Shown here one piece after another: positions 60,831-64,000 of a DNA stretch of 64,000 bases. The stretch is from contig CAWCNY010000005.1 in the NCBI GenBank assembly GCA_963797095.1, positions 672,001 to 736,000 of the forward strand. The letters are read 5' to 3'. Made by a program: the position numbers and the translations under genes. Each line of letters begins with the position of its first letter. Positions within the stretch are counted from its first letter, which is position 1. The notes beneath the pieces are model-generated. The model searched no databases, was not told where the DNA came from, and saw only the letters and a list, made by a program, of their open reading frames with translations. This DNA is from an uncultured Chloroflexia bacterium. GTDB lineage: Bacteria > Chloroflexota > Chloroflexia > QHBQ01 > JADMIH01.

Positions 60831-62501
60831 ATGGCGGTGACAGAGAGAGCAAGACTATCGTTGGAGTTGGGACCCCTGGACCGTGTGGCGGTGGGAGCGA
60901 TTGTGCTTGGGTATGTGGTAGTCACTGCGTTGATGCCACCTGTACGCGATTTCGCTTTGCTGGACGACTGGGTCTATACACGGCTGGCCGAGGGGATCGT
61001 GCACGGGCAGGGGCTTGCGCCATCGCAGTACGCTCAGGCCACGCTCATTTTTCATGAGTTCTGGGGCGCGGGGTTTGTGGCTCTATTGGGTGACACGTTC
61101 ACCGCGGTCACTCTTGCGACCGTGACATTGAGCCTGCTGGGGGCGCTGGCTTTCTACGCGATCCTGAGGGTACTCGGATTCTCGACAAGTCTGAGCGCGC
61201 TGGGTGTGGCGATTCTTGTACTAAATCCTTATTACCTGTACCTGAGCTACACCTACATGACTGAGGTCACGTTCACCTCAATGGCGCTGATCTCTTGTTT
61301 CTGCTATCTGCTAGGGATCTGTGGCAACAGGACGAAAGACGATGGACCAAAGGCGATGGACAATAGAGGGGCAAAGATGAGCGCATCCATCGTCTGGTTG
61401 GCGCTCGGCGGCCTGTTCGCGGCGCTGGCTTTCTTGACGAGGCAGTTCGGGCTGGCGCTGCCTGTGGCGGCCCTGGCCTGGCTGTTTGTGGCGCGCAAGA
61501 TGACGATTACGAAGGCTTTGGCAGTGTTGGCGCTACCGTTGGTGGCGGTCATTGGCTATTACGTGTGGAGCAGCAAGTTCGGAACGACTTTCAGCGGTAG
61601 CGTGGGCCGCGAAGAGATATTAGAACTGGCGAATCCGGGGGAATGGGCGCAAAGGGCTGCGCGGTTCGTCTATTTCGCCCTTTTCCTGCCGGGGCTGACC
61701 GTACCGCTGTGGAGCAAGCCCAGGCGATGGCGGGTCGGCCTTGCGCTGTCGGTGTTGGGGGGTGTGGCGGCTTTCGGGCTGTGGCAGTTAAAGCTGCGAT
61801 TGGCAAGCGAAGGCCAAAGCTCTCTGGACGAGCTTTCCTTTACATGGCTGCGCCCTGTGTTCGGTGATGGAGTGCTTATCACGCTTGTGTACTCGGTTGG
61901 CGCGGGGCTGGCAGTATGGCTGCTGTTCGGGATGGCCGAGCGAGCCTGGCCCGCTCTGGTAGGGATATTCACGCGGAAGATGGAAGCACCGCCCGCGCTC
62001 CTCTTCTTCCTTGCGGGCGCGATCCTGTTCGCGGGCACTTATGTGGTGAGCGCGGGGTTCCTCGACAGGTACTGGGTGCCCGTGCTGCCGTTCCTGATTG
62101 CGGGTGGTTTGTATGGGGTAAAGAGATGGTCGTGGCGCTTGTTGGTTCCGGCGCTGGCGGTTGTCGGTGTATTTGGCGCACTTGTGCACCTGGACGATTA
62201 TGCCGCGATGCAGGCTAGGTGGGACGCAGGCCGCGACCTGCTCGCGAGCGGGGTGCCCGTTGACAGGATAGAGAACGGCTACGCCTGGGACGGCTATTAC
62301 CTGGGTGATAGCAGCATGGCGCGCTACCCTAACCTGGATGTGAGGGTCATAGGTCGCATCTTCCCTCCATACGAGGTGATCGTGCCGGATTATGTGATCG
62401 ACAACGTGCCCATGGAAGGCTACACGATAGTGGATAGATACCGATACTTCAGTTACCTGAATGGATGGGGCTATCGTGAAATGCTGGTGCTGAAGAGGTA
62501 G
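60831..62501 (+). CDS. GT-C membrane glycosyltransferase
   Basis: FALLDDWVY, NPYY..SYTYMTEV, LTRQ, FLDRY; multiple TM segments. Confidence 0.85.
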   Translation: MAVTERARLSLELGPLDRVAVGAIVLGYVVVTALMPPVRDFALLDDWVYTRLAEGIVHGQGLAPSQYAQATLIFHEFWGAGFVALLGDTFTAVTLATVTLSLLGALAFYAILRVLGFSTSLSALGVAILVLNPYYLYLSYTYMTEVTFTSMALISCFCYLLGICGNRTKDDGPKAMDNRGAKMSASIVWLALGGLFAALAFLTRQFGLALPVAALAWLFVARKMTITKALAVLALPLVAVIGYYVWSSKFGTTFSGSVGREEILELANPGEWAQRAARFVYFALFLPGLTVPLWSKPRRWRVGLALSVLGGVAAFGLWQLKLRLASEGQSSLDELSFTWLRPVFGDGVLITLVYSVGAGLAVWLLFGMAERAWPALVGIFTRKMEAPPALLFFLAGAILFAGTYVVSAGFLDRYWVPVLPFLIAGGLYGVKRWSWRLLVPALAVVGVFGALVHLDDYAAMQARWDAGRDLLASGVPVDRIENGYAWDGYYLGDSSMARYPNLDVRVIGRIFPPYEVIVPDYVIDNVPMEGYTIVDRYRYFSYLNGWGYREMLVLKR

Positions 62502-64000
62502 CCTTTGGAGCGGATGTTTGCTCCATTCGCTTGAGGTGGACCAAAAGCACGGCTATATCGGCGGGGGTGACGCCCGCGATGCGCGAAGCCTGTCCAACGG
62601 TGGCTGGGCGGAAGCGCGCCAACTTTTCACGAGCCTCGATCTTGAGGGCGACAAGGTCCAAATAAGGGAAGTCGGTGGGGATTGCGCGTTCTTCCAGCCT
62701 ATGTGTGCGGGCGATCTCGGCCTCCTGCTTGGCTATGTAGCCGGCATACTTGGCGGCGATCTCGGTTCCCTGGGCGGCCTCGTCCATAAAAGGATCAGAA
62801 ATATCGACGTCGGGAAGGAGTACCGGGAGCGCGGTATAAGGGGTATCCTGGCGGCGCATATATTCGAGCATTGTGGTGTGCTTGCCGGGCTCGGGGGAGT
62901 CGTAACCCGCAGAGCGTAATTGCGCGCCTACCGCGTTGGTGACCACGCCTTCTCCCAGGCGCGTGAGGGCATCGTCTATGATCTCTTGCTTGCGAAGCAC
63001 CTGCTTGTATCCCTCCTCATCAATGAGGCCGAGAGCATGGCCTATCGGCGTGAGCCGCAGGTCGGCATTATCGGAGCGAAGTAGCAGGCGATATTCAGCG
63101 CGGGAGGTCATCAGACGATAAGGCTCGCGATGGTCCATGCCGGTGAGGTCGCTCGCCATCACGCCGATGTAAGCAAGGTGGCGAGGGAGCACCAACGGCC
63201 TGCGCGCATGAATGTCCTCCATAAGATCGTGATACGATAAGTGATTATTGCGTACTGCGTATTGCGTAGTGCTTAGTTCTTGCCCCGGCCCATCGTCCGG
63301 CCTTCGTCCTTCGCCTTGTGTCCTTCGACAATATAGGGCTGCATTGACGCCCGCCATGATACCCTGTCCTGCGGCTTCTTCGTATCCTGAGGTGCCGTTG
63401 ATCTGGCCCGCGAGGAAGAGGCCCGCCACGCGCTTGCTCTCAAACCAGGCTGTAATCTCACTGGGAGGGACGGCGTCGTACTCCACGGCGTAGCCGATGC
63501 GCATGATCTCGGCGTTGCGGAGGGCAGGGATCGAGCGGATTAGCGCCCATTGCGCGTCTTCGGGGAGGGATGTGCTGCAACCCTGCACGTAAACCTCGTT
63601 GGTGCGCCAGCCTTCAGGCTCAAGGAAAAGCTGGTGGCTCTCTTTGTCGGCGAAGCGGTATATCTTGTCCTCGATGGAAGGGCAGTAGCGCGGCCCAACA
63701 CCCTCGATTGAGCCATTGAACATCGGAGCGCGATGGAGGTTATCGCGGATGATCTTATGGGTTTCGGGGGTAGTGTGGACGAGGTAGCAAGCCATTTGCC
63801 TGCGCCAGGGCTTCACAGACGAAGGACGATGGACGGTAGACGAAAGCTCGCTACCTTCGTCCTCCTGCGGATAGGTTGCGAGTGGCTCCAACTCTGTTGC
63901 AGGGAGGCGGTCGTGGCTGAAATAGATGGGCGTTGGGCTGCCAGGCTGGAACCCGGTGAGAGAAAAATCAATGGTGCGGGCGTCGATACGCGGGGGCGTG
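62449..64000 (-). CDS. mnmG: tRNA uridine 5-carboxymethylaminomethyl modification enzyme MnmG (GidA), 5' part outside the window
   Basis: TPPRID, GPRYCPSIEDK, AGQINGTSGYEEAA, EPYRLMTSRAEYRL; frame open to the window end. Confidence 0.98.
   Translation of the reverse strand, partial: TPPRIDARTIDFSLTGFQPGSPTPIYFSHDRLPATELEPLATYPQEDEGSELSSTVHRPSSVKPWRRQMACYLVHTTPETHKIIRDNLHRAPMFNGSIEGVGPRYCPSIEDKIYRFADKESHQLFLEPEGWRTNEVYVQGCSTSLPEDAQWALIRSIPALRNAEIMRIGYAVEYDAVPPSEITAWFESKRVAGLFLAGQINGTSGYEEAAGQGIMAGVNAALYCRRTQGEGRRPDDGPGQELSTTQYAVRNNHLSYHDLMEDIHARRPLVLPRHLAYIGVMASDLTGMDHREPYRLMTSRAEYRLLLRSDNADLRLTPIGHALGLIDEEGYKQVLRKQEIIDDALTRLGEGVVTNAVGAQLRSAGYDSPEPGKHTTMLEYMRRQDTPYTALPVLLPDVDISDPFMDEAAQGTEIAAKYAGYIAKQEAEIARTHRLEERAIPTDFPYLDLVALKIEAREKLARFRPATVGQASRIAGVTPADIAVLLVHLKRMEQTSAPKATSSAPAFHDSPIHSGN

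Overview
High-GC bacterial chromosome segment, most consistent with Chloroflexota (inference from the EF-Tu motif [10 protein letters not shown], Cys-loop SLH domains and gene content). Housekeeping loci: T-box-pheS-pheT; tRNA-Thr/Tyr/Thr-tuf-rpmG-tRNA-Trp-secE-nusG-rplK-rplA, broken up by three inserted genes; tRNA-Arg with a DEAD-box helicase; and a partial mnmG. It also has a 12 kb eukaryote-like signalling cluster (DA1-like peptidase, vWA, two Ser/Thr kinases, FHA proteins, pseudokinase-PP2C), an ECF sigma/anti-sigma pair, three GT-C glycosyltransferases and an SLH-anchored beta-propeller protein. Mobile DNA: a partial IS1634 and a 220-bp MITE sharing its end, a complete IS1182 at the tip of an internally deleted ISAs1, an IS5 remnant, and a 1013-bp internal IS1182 transposase fragment with no ends, flanked by an 11-bp duplication. 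The strongest unexplained signal is a family of about 20 composite repeats built from related 7-bp modules. They are often inverted, and they occur between genes, inside the T-box RNA and in frame inside PheT, MnmG and a glycosyltransferase. Two single-base frameshifts may be sequencing errors. All calls come from reading motifs by eye; no searches were run.
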